Assembly (NCBI GenBank): GCA_965203445.1
Contig: OZ241883.1
Location: 1,568,001 to 1,632,000 of the forward strand
Length of the DNA stretch: 64,000 bases
From: Candidatus Oxydemutator sp.
Lineage (GTDB): Bacteria > Pseudomonadota > Gammaproteobacteria > Poriferisulfidales > Oxydemutatoraceae
Direction of reading: 5' to 3'
The notes beneath the pieces are model-generated. The model did no database searches. It saw nothing but the letters and a program-made list of their open reading frames with translations, and had not been told where the DNA came from. Position 1 is the first letter of the stretch; each line of letters opens with the position of its first letter. Both the position numbers and the translations under genes were made by a program. Positions 18,344 through 27,070 of this stretch are shown here, piece after piece.

Positions 18344-19291
18344 TTAGCCGGCGCCGTGCGCGAGCAGTTCGGCGGCGCCTTTCTCCAGCAGCGCGTCGGC
18401 GGCGGCGCGCGCCAGGCGCGCGCCGCCACGCGCCGCGCCCCGGCGGTCGTCGCGCAGCAGGCGCTCGCCGTCGCCGTCGCCGACCAGCGAGCGCAGGCGC
18501 AGCCGGCCGTCGGCCAGCGTCGCGTACGCCGCCAGCGGCCAGCGGCAGTCGGCGCCCAGGTGGCGCGCGAGTGCCCGCTCGGTTTCGACGCAGACGCGCG
18601 TGTCGTGGTCATCGAGCGCCGCCAGCAACGACAACGCGCCGTCGTCGTCGGCGCGGCACGTGATTCCGATCGCGCCCTGGCCGGCGGCGGGCAACACCAC
18701 GTCGCACGGCAGCACCGCGCGGATTCGTCCGGCCAGGCCCAAGCGTTCGAGACCGGCGCAGGCGAGAATCAGGCCGTCGTAGTCGCCCGCGTCTAATCTA
18801 TCGAGGCGGGTGCCGACGTTGCCGTGCAGGTCGTGCATCGCAAGCCACGGATAGCGGTGTTTTATCTGGCAGCGGCGGCGCAGGCTGGCGCTGCCGACGA
18901 GCGCGCCGCGCGGCAGGTGTTCGAGGCTGGGGTAGTCGTTCGAGACGAATGCGTCCGTGGGTTCGGCGCGCCTCAGGACGGCGGCCACGACCAGGCCGTC
19001 GGGGATGGTTGCGGGCACGTCTTTCATCGAGTGCACCGCCAGGTCGGCATGCCCGTCCAGCAGACTGCGGTCGAGTTCCCGGGTGAACAGTCCCTTGCCG
19101 CCAGCGGCGCCCATGGTGCTCGAGGCCCACGCCGTCGGCGCGTCGCCGCGCGTCGCCATGGGCGTTATCTTCGGCGCGAGCCGTGCGTCGCGCGCCCGCA
19201 GGGCGGCCGCGACCAGCTCGGCCTGGCGCAACGCGAGCGGGCTGTTGCGCGTGGCGACGCGTATCTGTTCGTGGTTCGGTGTCATCGGCAC
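18344..19291 (-). CDS. hemC: Hydroxymethylbilane synthase (porphobilinogen deaminase)
   Basis: IRVATRNSPLALRQ, GGKGLFTREL, AVHSMKDVP, SLRRRCQ, GNVGTRL, LPAAGQGAI. Confidence 0.96.
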   Translation of the reverse strand: MPMTPNHEQIRVATRNSPLALRQAELVAAALRARDARLAPKITPMATRGDAPTAWASSTMGAAGGKGLFTRELDRSLLDGHADLAVHSMKDVPATIPDGLVVAAVLRRAEPTDAFVSNDYPSLEHLPRGALVGSASLRRRCQIKHRYPWLAMHDLHGNVGTRLDRLDAGDYDGLILACAGLERLGLAGRIRAVLPCDVVLPAAGQGAIGITCRADDDGALSLLAALDDHDTRVCVETERALARHLGADCRWPLAAYATLADGRLRLRSLVGDGDGERLLRDDRRGAARGGARLARAAADALLEKGAAELLAHGAG

Positions 19292-19346
19292 CCCGTCGGC
19301 GCATGGTACGCGATGCGCCGGCGCGCGTCATCACGCGCGCCGGCGC

Positions 19347-20123
19347 TCAATAATAGTCGTGCGCGTCGTGTCCTTCCGGTTCCCGCAGCACCACCTCGAA
19401 TTGTTTCATGAAGTCGCGGATCTTGGCGACGTGGCGCCGGCTCACGTACAGTTTCTGCTGAAAATCCTTGAGCGACACGCGCACGCGCCCGCCGGCGTCT
19501 TTTTCAAACGACTTGATGAACGCCTTGTTGACCAGCGTGTTGCGGTGTATGCGTATCACGCGGTCGGCGAATTCCTGCTCCAGATACTTGAGAGGGTCCT
19601 CTATCAGGTTGCGCCCGGCGGTGTGATAGACCACGGTGTATTTGTGGTCGGCGCGAAACAGGATGACGTTTTTTATCGCGATCAGTTCGAGCGCCTTGCC
19701 GACGCGGCAATAGACGTGGCTGCGGGTTTTCTTGCCGGGCGGCGGTTCGCGCACGTCGAACGCGTGCATGCCGCGCAGCTGTTCGAGCTTGTCGTTCAAG
19801 CGCTCGCGCAGCACCGGCTTCAACAGATAGCCGGCGGCGTTGAGACCGAACGCGGCGAACGCATGCTGCACGTAGGCGGTCGTGAACACGATCCGCGGCG
19901 GGTGCTCGGCGTGGCCGATGTGGTACGCCGCCTCCAGGCCGTCCATGCCGGGCATGTGTATGTCCATCAACACGACGTCCACGCCCAGCTCGTCCACCTT
20001 GCGCACGGCGTCGAAGCCGTTGCCCGCGTGTCCGGCGACGCAGCACCCGGGCGCGTCGCCGACCATCCGGCTCAGGCGTTCGCAGGCGCTCTTGTCGTCA
20101 TCCACGATCAATATGCTCATCAT
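19347..20123 (-). CDS. algR: LytTR-family response regulator (AlgR-like)
   Basis: REC domain (ILIVDD, LMDIHMPGMDG, FTTAY, YLLKPV) plus LytTR (FRADHKY, RIHRNTLV); argH-fimS-algR-hemC synteny. Confidence 0.85.
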   Translation of the reverse strand: MMSILIVDDDKSACERLSRMVGDAPGCCVAGHAGNGFDAVRKVDELGVDVVLMDIHMPGMDGLEAAYHIGHAEHPPRIVFTTAYVQHAFAAFGLNAAGYLLKPVLRERLNDKLEQLRGMHAFDVREPPPGKKTRSHVYCRVGKALELIAIKNVILFRADHKYTVVYHTAGRNLIEDPLKYLEQEFADRVIRIHRNTLVNKAFIKSFEKDAGGRVRVSLKDFQQKLYVSRRHVAKIRDFMKQFEVVLREPEGHDAHDYY

Positions 20124-20943
20124 CGTCTCTCTCCAGAGGAATGTTGATTTTCACGCGGTATTCCCGCGCTCGCTGTCCTCCGGAAAAATCGAAATCGGCG
20201 CCGTAGGCGTCGTGCAGGCGCAGGCGGATGTTTTTTTGCGCCATGAGGTTGCCGTGCCGATGGTGGTGCGCCGGCTGCGCCGGGTTGCGGACGTCGAACG
20301 TCAGGCGCCGTCCGCGCACCGCCACGGCGACGTGCACGTCGCCGCCGTCCGGGCGCGGCTCGACGCCGTGATAGATCGCGTTCTCGATCAGCGGCTGCAA
20401 GATCAGCGACGGCACGAGTATCGCCGCGGTATCGCCGCAACGCAGCCGCCACTTGACGCGCAGCCTGACCCCCAGCCGCCGGCGCTCGATCTCGACGTAG
20501 CGCCGTGCCACCCGGACTTCCTCGGCCAGCGTCGTTCGCTTTTTCTGGGACAGCATCATCCTGAAAATTTCCGACAGGTGTCCAAGATTAGCCTCGGCTA
20601 CGTCCGGGCGCGTCTTTATCAGATGAACGGTAGCATTTAGGGTGTTGAACAGAAAATGCCAGCGGATGCGCTGTAGCGGGGCGTCGTCCTCGGCGTCGCG
20701 CCGCCGGGCGCCGCGCAGGCGCCGCAGCATGAGCGCGGTCAGGGCGCAGCCCGCCAGTTGCAGTGCCACGATCAGCGGCGCCAGGAAACCGGGGGAACCG
20801 CCGCCGAGCGCGAAGTGCAGGGAGACGAGGACGACGACGGCGAGCGAGGCCGCACAGGACAGGTATATAATACCTCTGGCGGTCGTTCGGCCCAGTTGCT
20901 TTAACAGCGCGTCGCCCCCGCCCCGAACGGGTATGGAAGGCAT
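20098..20943 (-). CDS. LytS-family sensor histidine kinase (FimS/AlgZ-like)
   Basis: RIRWHFLFNTLN, IERRRLGVRL, LILQPLIENAIYHGVEP; two N-terminal TM segments. Confidence 0.85.
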   Translation of the reverse strand: MPSIPVRGGGDALLKQLGRTTARGIIYLSCAASLAVVVLVSLHFALGGGSPGFLAPLIVALQLAGCALTALMLRRLRGARRRDAEDDAPLQRIRWHFLFNTLNATVHLIKTRPDVAEANLGHLSEIFRMMLSQKKRTTLAEEVRVARRYVEIERRRLGVRLRVKWRLRCGDTAAILVPSLILQPLIENAIYHGVEPRPDGGDVHVAVAVRGRRLTFDVRNPAQPAHHHRHGNLMAQKNIRLRLHDAYGADFDFSGGQRAREYRVKINIPLERDDDEHIDRG

Positions 20944-21035
20944 TATTATCCTTGTTTTTGTTGCCTTGCGGGGCGCAACCCCATGCGTTGCGCGGTCACA
21001 ATGGTAGCCGCTGCCACCGCCGCCTTTTTCATCCG

Positions 21036-22457
21036 ATGAGTGAGAAAACCAGCCAATCTAAACCGTGGGGTGGGCGTTTCCGGGAGGCGGTGGAGCGCCG
21101 CGTCGAGTGCTTTACCGCGTCGGTGGACGTTGACCGGCGGCTGTACGCCGAGGACATCGAAGGCTCGATCGCGCATGCCCGGGCGCTGGAGAAGGTCGGC
21201 GTGCTGACGCCCGCCGAGGCGCGCGCCATCGCCCGCGCCCTGGCCGAGATTCGCGCCGAGATCGAGGACGGGCGCTTCGCGTGGAAGGAGTCGCTCGAGG
21301 ACGTGCACATGAACATCGAGGCGCGCCTGATAGAGATGACGGGCGACGCCGGCAAGAAGCTCCATACCGCGCGTTCGCGCAACGACCAGGTGGCGACCGA
21401 CCTGAGGCTTTATCTCGACCGCCAAGCGCTTGCGATGCGCCTGGAGATACGCCGCCTGCAGGCGGCCGTCGTCGGCGTCGCGGCGCGCGAGAGCGACAGC
21501 GTGATGCCCGCGTTCACGCATTTGCAGGTGGCGCAGCCGGTCACTTTCGGGCACCACATGATGGCCTGGTTCGAGATGCTCAAGCGCGACGACGCGCGCT
21601 TTTGCGACGTGCGCGGGCGTATCGGCGTGCTGCCGCTCGGCAGCGGCGCCGGCGCCGGCGTCAACTACGCGCTCGACCGTGACGGGATCGCCGCGGCGCT
21701 CGGTTTCGACGCGGTCTCGGACAACTCGCTGGACGCCGTCTCGGACCGCGATTTTGCGATCGAGTTTTGCGCCGCCTGCGCGTTGCTGATGATGCACCTG
21801 TCGCGTTTTTGCGAGGAGCTGGTGTTGTGGGCGTCGCCGCAATTCGGTTTCATCACGCTGCCCGACCGCTACTGCACCGGTTCCTCGATCATGCCGCAGA
21901 AGAAGAACCCGGACGTGGCCGAACTGGTGCGCGGCAAGAGCGCGCGCGTGTACGGCGCGCTGATGGCGATGCTGACGCTGATGAAGGCGCAACCGCTGGC
22001 CTACAACCGCGACAACCAGGAGGACAAGGACATCCTGTTCGACGCGCTCGACACGACGCTCGCCTGCGTCGGCGTGCTCGCCGACGTGCTGCCGGCGATG
22101 CGCGTTATGCGCGCGCGCCTTGCCGAGGCCGCGCAAAGCGGCTTCTCGACCGCCACCGACCTTGCCGACTATCTGGTGTCGTTGCAAGTGCCGTTTCGCG
22201 ACGCACACCGCGCCGTCGGGCGCGCCGTTGCGCTGGCCGCCGACAGCGGACGCACGCTGCACCAGATCAGCGCGGAGGAACTCGCGCAACTGTGCCCGCA
22301 AGCCGCGATCGAGGTCGCGCCGGCGAGTGTCGCGCAACCCGCCGACTCGTTGCGCGCGAAGCGCGCCCACGGCGGCCCGGCGCCGGAATTGGTCAGGCGA
22401 CAGATCGCCCGCGCGCAAGAATACCTGGCCGAACCGCTCGCGGGTGAGCGCAAATGA
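21036..22457 (+). CDS. argH: Argininosuccinate lyase
   Basis: WGGRF, LEDVHMNIE, HTARSRNDQVATD, TGSSIMPQKKNPD, PLAYNRDNQEDK. Confidence 0.97.
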   Translation: MSEKTSQSKPWGGRFREAVERRVECFTASVDVDRRLYAEDIEGSIAHARALEKVGVLTPAEARAIARALAEIRAEIEDGRFAWKESLEDVHMNIEARLIEMTGDAGKKLHTARSRNDQVATDLRLYLDRQALAMRLEIRRLQAAVVGVAARESDSVMPAFTHLQVAQPVTFGHHMMAWFEMLKRDDARFCDVRGRIGVLPLGSGAGAGVNYALDRDGIAAALGFDAVSDNSLDAVSDRDFAIEFCAACALLMMHLSRFCEELVLWASPQFGFITLPDRYCTGSSIMPQKKNPDVAELVRGKSARVYGALMAMLTLMKAQPLAYNRDNQEDKDILFDALDTTLACVGVLADVLPAMRVMRARLAEAAQSGFSTATDLADYLVSLQVPFRDAHRAVGRAVALAADSGRTLHQISAEELAQLCPQAAIEVAPASVAQPADSLRAKRAHGGPAPELVRRQIARAQEYLAEPLAGERK

Positions 22458-23143
22458 AAGTGAAACGGCGAATGTTGGGGGATGCGAAAAGAATGCTCCT
22501 GAGAATGATTCTGCGCACCCCCTGGCTCGGGGCAAGGTATGTATCGTTCAGCGAATGGCGCGCATCGAAGCGGATAATCTCCGCATGGGAGAGAGATGGA
22601 AGGCCAGTGCCTCCGCCGCCCGAGGTCAAACATCGGACTTTGATAGATTACGCGCGCAAGTATGGACTTTCGATACTGGTCGAGACCGGAACGCTCATGG
22701 GAGGCACGGTTGCGGCGGTGGAACACGCTTTCGATCGGGTATATACTATCGAAATAGATGATACCTTGTTCAAGGCGGCCAGCAAAAGATTCGAGCAAGC
22801 GCGAAATATAGAGGTGATTCATGGAGACAGTGGCGTCGTGCTCGGAAAATTGATGGCTATGATAAGAGAGCCCGCCTTGTTCTGGCTGGACGGGCATTAT
22901 TCCGGCGGCATCACCGGGCGCGGTGCGAAAGACACGCCCATCCTCGAAGAATTAACGGCTATATTCAACGCTCCGGACCTAGGGCACGTGATCATTATTG
23001 ACGACGCCCGTGACTTCGGAACCGGCCCCGATTATCCGGGCCTGGGTGAATTGATCGAGTTTATCCAATCGGGCGGGTCGGGATATGACGTCGTCGTTCG
23101 GGATGACAGCATCAGGGCAACGCCGCGCGCGCCCGGGGGATGA
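22454..23143 (+). CDS. Hypothetical SAM-dependent methyltransferase-like protein
   Basis: LVETGTLMG, TIEID, HGDSG, FWLDGHYSGGIT, IIIDDAR; lower GC than its flanks; ATGA overlap with argH. Confidence 0.65.
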   Translation: MKVKRRMLGDAKRMLLRMILRTPWLGARYVSFSEWRASKRIISAWERDGRPVPPPPEVKHRTLIDYARKYGLSILVETGTLMGGTVAAVEHAFDRVYTIEIDDTLFKAASKRFEQARNIEVIHGDSGVVLGKLMAMIREPALFWLDGHYSGGITGRGAKDTPILEELTAIFNAPDLGHVIIIDDARDFGTGPDYPGLGELIEFIQSGGSGYDVVVRDDSIRATPRAPGG

Positions 23144-24081
23144 AAACGACGAAGTCACCGACGTGGCTGTCGGAATACAAACGCGACGTATATTCGCAGA
23201 CCGGCGAAGACGGAATTATTGAAAAGATACTGGAGGTAATTCCTGAAAATGACCAGTGGTGCGTGGAATTCGGCGCATGGGACGGGAGGCACCTGAGCAA
23301 CACGTGCCATTTGATTGAAGGCAAGGGATATTCGGCGGTCCTGATCGAAGGCGACGAGGAAAAATTTCAGCGTTTGCAGGAAAGGTTTGGTGGCATGGAC
23401 GCCGTGATTCCGATAAACCGCTTTGTCGGATTCACGGGGTCGGACAATCTCGATCAGATTTTGGGGCGCACCCCGGTGCCCGTTGATTTCGATCTGCTTT
23501 CGATTGATATAGACGGAAATGACTACCACGTCTGGAAAGCCACCGAGAAATACAGACCGAAGGCGGTCGTTATCGAGTTCAACCCCACTGTTCCCACGTG
23601 TGTGCGGTTTGTCCAGCCCGCGCATCCGTCCGTCGCCCAGGGAGCGAGTTTATTGTCTCTTGTCGAATTGGCGAAGGAAAAAGGCTATGAGCTCGTGTCG
23701 GTGCTGCCGCACAATGCTTTTTTCGTAAGGCAGGAGTACTACGAGAGATTCCAGATCGAATCGAACGCCCCCGAGGTTCTTCGAACCGACCTGAGTTGCG
23801 TTACTTGGCTGTTCTCGGGATATGACGGTACGGTTTTCCTGACGGGAAGTTGCAGGTTGCCCTGGCATGGCTACCCCATGAGGGCCTCGAGCATTCAATG
23901 CCTGCCGAAGTTTTTTCGGACTTATCCGGCGGATTGGAGGATGCGAAAACGACTTGCCTATTACTTGTACCGGCTGTTCCTACTCAGAGATCGAACCGAT
24001 CTCTTGCTATCTTCGAGCGAGATCAAGATGTTTTTGGGCGAGACCAAGCGGAAGATTCTCAGGCTGATAAAACGCACTTGA
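23140..24081 (+). CDS. FkbM-like methyltransferase family protein
   Basis: VYSQTGEDGII, CVEFGAWDG..LSNT, FDLLSIDIDGNDY.VW, VVIEFN, KGYELV...NAFF; ATGA overlap with the upstream gene. Confidence 0.7.
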   Translation: MKTTKSPTWLSEYKRDVYSQTGEDGIIEKILEVIPENDQWCVEFGAWDGRHLSNTCHLIEGKGYSAVLIEGDEEKFQRLQERFGGMDAVIPINRFVGFTGSDNLDQILGRTPVPVDFDLLSIDIDGNDYHVWKATEKYRPKAVVIEFNPTVPTCVRFVQPAHPSVAQGASLLSLVELAKEKGYELVSVLPHNAFFVRQEYYERFQIESNAPEVLRTDLSCVTWLFSGYDGTVFLTGSCRLPWHGYPMRASSIQCLPKFFRTYPADWRMRKRLAYYLYRLFLLRDRTDLLLSSSEIKMFLGETKRKILRLIKRT

Positions 24082-24151
24082 CGCCGCGCCCGGGTCGGCG
24101 TCGCGGCCCATCGTCCGCCGGGGTCGGCGCGACGCAATCCGGCGTTTTCCG

Positions 24152-24466
24152 CTAGCGGATTTGTTCCTCGTGACTTTCCGAGCGGCCGAGATTGTCCGCC
24201 CACGTGAGCGTGACGTTCTCGCCCTTGTCGCCGCCGTCGAACTTGAAGGCGACGAACGGGTTCTTCGACACGCCGGTTCCCCAGTACGCCTCGAACACCT
24301 TTTCGTCCTTGTATTCGCATACGATCCGCTGGATGAAATGCGCCGGCACGAGTTCGCCGCTGTCGCGATCGCGTCGTCGCCCGGTCTCCATCGGGTGGGT
24401 GATCAGCGCCTTGACGGTCACGCCGTCGCCGTCCTTGCGCGCGCGCATCTTGATCGAGTCCGCCAT
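24152..24466 (-). CDS. soxZ: Thiosulfate oxidation carrier complex protein SoxZ
   Basis: VKALITHPMETGRR, PAHFI, VSKNPF, WADNLG. Confidence 0.93.
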   Translation of the reverse strand: MADSIKMRARKDGDGVTVKALITHPMETGRRRDRDSGELVPAHFIQRIVCEYKDEKVFEAYWGTGVSKNPFVAFKFDGGDKGENVTLTWADNLGRSESHEEQIR

Positions 24467-24479
24467 CGCCGCCCCCGCC

Positions 24480-24926
24480 TCAGCCGCAGCCGCCGGCGGT
24501 CACGCGCACCGTCTCGCGGCGGCTGTACCAGCGCCCGTCGGCCTTGACCAGCGCGACGACGTCGGAAGTCTCGCGCACTTTGAGATTGGTCGCGACGTAC
24601 GGGCGGCTTTGCCCGTGCATCACGAATTGCGACGTCAGCGGAACCGGGTTTTTCTCGACCAGCAGGCTGATGGATTCGACGCCATCCAGTCGCGCCTCAA
24701 CCTCGACGCGCACGGCGCCGCCGTCCTCGGCGACCCCGGGCACCTTCAGCCGGATCGCGTCGCTGTCGCGCGGCTGGCCGCCGGCGAGCAGGGCCAGCGT
24801 GCGGTCGAACTCGGTCGTCGTGAACAATTCTTTCGGCCAGTTCGCGAACAGCCGCGCCGGCGCCGCCGCCAGCAGCGACAACAGCGCGGCGCCCCCGCGC
24901 AAAAATTTTCTTCGATACTCGTTCAT
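24480..24926 (-). CDS. soxY: Thiosulfate oxidation carrier protein SoxY
   Basis: Tat signal MNEYRRKFL, AEDGGAVRV, EKNPVPL, C-terminal swinging arm VRVTAGGCG. Confidence 0.92.
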   Translation of the reverse strand: MNEYRRKFLRGGAALLSLLAAAPARLFANWPKELFTTTEFDRTLALLAGGQPRDSDAIRLKVPGVAEDGGAVRVEVEARLDGVESISLLVEKNPVPLTSQFVMHGQSRPYVATNLKVRETSDVVALVKADGRWYSRRETVRVTAGGCG

Positions 24927-25000
24927 GATGCGGCGTCCGGGCGACTTCACGTTAATGTGATGATACACTCGACACCCCAATCATACCACGGCCCCCCGAC

Positions 25001-25120
25001 GTGACGACACGAATCCTGGCATTCCTGGCCGCCGTGCTCGGCGCGGCGGCGCTCGCCTCGTGCGGGAAGACGGGCGATCTCTATCTGCCGGACGAGGAGC
25101 GGGTTTCGCGCCGGCAATGA
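25001..25120 (+). CDS. lptM: LptM (YifL/LppL) family small lipoprotein
   Basis: Not in the ORF track: [39 protein letters not shown]; lipobox LAS-C plus CGxxGxLYLP motif; stop overlaps the lysA ATG; canonical position upstream of lysA. Confidence 0.85.
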   Translation: MTTRILAFLAAVLGAAALASCGKTGDLYLPDEERVSRRQ

Positions 25121-26412
25121 GCGATCCGGAGACGAGCAGCCCGGAAGCGCGCGGCGGGTTCGGCGCCTGCCCGTTGTTGCGCCGCGCCGCCGACGGCCTG
25201 CGCCTCGACGGCGTGCGCCTTTCCGACGTCGCCCGCCGCTTCGGCACGCCCGCCTACGTTTATACGAGAAGCGGCATCGAGAACAACTGGCGGCGCGTGG
25301 ACGCAGCCTTCGGCGCGCGCGCGCACCTCGTCTGCTACGCCGTCAAGGCTTGTTCCAACCTCGCGGTGCTCGGCGTGCTGGCGCGTCTCGGCAGCGGTTT
25401 CGACGTCGTCTCCGGCGGCGAGCTTGCGCGCGTGTTGCAAGCCGGCGGCGACCCGCGAAAGATCGTGTTTTCCGGCGTCGGCAAGCAACGCTGGGAAATC
25501 GAGCGGGCGCTCGCCGCCGGCATCGGCTGCTTCAACGTCGAGTCGGCCGAGGAACTCGGCCTGCTTGAGCAAATCGCGGGCGAGCAGGAGCGCGTCGCGC
25601 CGGTGGCGGTGCGCGTCAACCCGGACGTGGACGCCGACACCCATCCGCACGTCGCCACCGGATTGCGCGAAAGCAAGTTCGGCGTCGCCGCGGTCGAAGC
25701 CGGGGCGCTCTACGACGAGATCCGCCGCAGCCCGTTGCTCGAGGCGCGCGGCGTGGATTGCCACATCGGTTCGCAGGTGACCGAGACCGCGCCGTACCGC
25801 CGGGCGCTGCAATCGGTGCTGGAGCTTGCCGACGAGCTCGCGCGGCGCGGCGACGACCTGGCCCACGTCGACGTCGGCGGCGGTTTCGGCATTGCCTACG
25901 CCGACGCCAGTCCGCCGCCGGTCGAGGACTACGTGCGCGTGATTGTCGACGCCGTCGGCGCGCGTCCGTATCGCATCCTGGTCGAGCCGGGGCGCTCGAT
26001 CGTCGGCGACGCCGGCGTGTTGTTGACCACGGTGCTGCGCTGCAAGCGCAACGGGGGCAGAGACTTCGCGGTGGTGGACGCGGCGATGAACGACTTGGCG
26101 CGGCCGATGCTCTACCAGGCGCGCCACGACGTCGTCGCGGTGCGCGAGCGCGGCGGCGAGCCGCGCGCGTTCGACGTCGTAGGCCCGGTATGCGAGAGCG
26201 GCGACGTGCTGGGACGGGCGCGCCTGGCCGGTGTGCGCAGCGGCACTCTGCTCGCGATCCTGTCGGCGGGCGCCTACGGCTTCTCGATGGCCGGCAACTA
26301 CAATTCGAGACCGCGCCCGGTCGAGGTCATGACGCACCGCGGTGCCGCGCACCTCGTGCGCCTGCGCGAGAGCATCCGGGATCTTATGCAGGGCGAACGC
26401 CCGTTGCAGTGA
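25117..26412 (+). CDS. lysA: Diaminopimelate decarboxylase
   Basis: [58 protein letters not shown]. Confidence 0.97.
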   Translation: MSDPETSSPEARGGFGACPLLRRAADGLRLDGVRLSDVARRFGTPAYVYTRSGIENNWRRVDAAFGARAHLVCYAVKACSNLAVLGVLARLGSGFDVVSGGELARVLQAGGDPRKIVFSGVGKQRWEIERALAAGIGCFNVESAEELGLLEQIAGEQERVAPVAVRVNPDVDADTHPHVATGLRESKFGVAAVEAGALYDEIRRSPLLEARGVDCHIGSQVTETAPYRRALQSVLELADELARRGDDLAHVDVGGGFGIAYADASPPPVEDYVRVIVDAVGARPYRILVEPGRSIVGDAGVLLTTVLRCKRNGGRDFAVVDAAMNDLARPMLYQARHDVVAVRERGGEPRAFDVVGPVCESGDVLGRARLAGVRSGTLLAILSAGAYGFSMAGNYNSRPRPVEVMTHRGAAHLVRLRESIRDLMQGERPLQ

Positions 26413-26444
26413 CGCCGGCGCCGTTCGTATATAATGTCGCCGCA

Positions 26445-26861
26445 ATGGACTTGCTGTTCCTGAAATCGAAACTGCATCGGGCGCGGGTCACGCACGCGCG
26501 TCTCGACTACGAGGGTTCGTGCGCGATAGACGGAGAGTTGCTCGAGCTTGCGCAAATCGCCGAACACGAGCGGATCGAAATCTACAACTTGTCGAACGGC
26601 GAGCGCTTGGCCACTTATGCGATCGCCGCCGAACGCGGCAGCCGCGTGTTGTCGTGCAACGGTGCCGCGGCGCGCAAAGCGGTGCCCGGCGATCTGGTGA
26701 TCGTGTGCGCCTACGCGATTTTGTCACGGCAGGAAGCCGCGGCGCACGTGCCGGTGTCGGTCGCCGTCGACGATGCCAACAACCCCGTGCGCGTAACCGG
26801 CGGCGGGCCGGTGCCGGTCGCACGGGCGCGCTCGGCGGGCGGGCGTCCCCGGCCGGTGTAA
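26445..26861 (+). CDS. panD: Aspartate 1-decarboxylase
   Basis: [11 protein letters not shown]...YEG/SCAID (pyruvoyl cleavage site), [14 protein letters not shown]...GDLVI; ATG 26445. Confidence 0.95.
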   Translation: MDLLFLKSKLHRARVTHARLDYEGSCAIDGELLELAQIAEHERIEIYNLSNGERLATYAIAAERGSRVLSCNGAAARKAVPGDLVIVCAYAILSRQEAAAHVPVSVAVDDANNPVRVTGGGPVPVARARSAGGRPRPV

Positions 26862-26982
26862 CCGCCGGCGCCCCCCCGGCTTCCACTTTACTCTTATGTA
26901 TTTGATTATTGTAGGATTACTTATCGGCAGGGGGGCACTTGGCCGCCCTGCCAGCCGCTTTGCGGTGCGTGGGGACGAGGAC

Positions 26983-27010
26983 TTGATTATGGCGGCCATT
27001 GGTGTATGAT
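26983..27010 (+). promoter_or_regulatory. Putative sigma70 promoter of the giant surface-protein locus
   Basis: TTGATT (26983-26988), 16-nt spacer, TATGAT (27005-27010), about 60 nt upstream of ATG 27071. Confidence 0.45.
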
Positions 27011-27070
27011 GCGCCCCTTGATTGCAGGCCTTTGCTTTGTTTTAACACCACAGTCATGGGAAGAACCCAT

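Noticed and set aside
26999-27070. Upstream starts for the giant gene (26999) and, likewise, for its partner (54109)
   Set aside because: Signal peptides and RBS/promoter positions fit ATG 27071 and ATG 54187 better.
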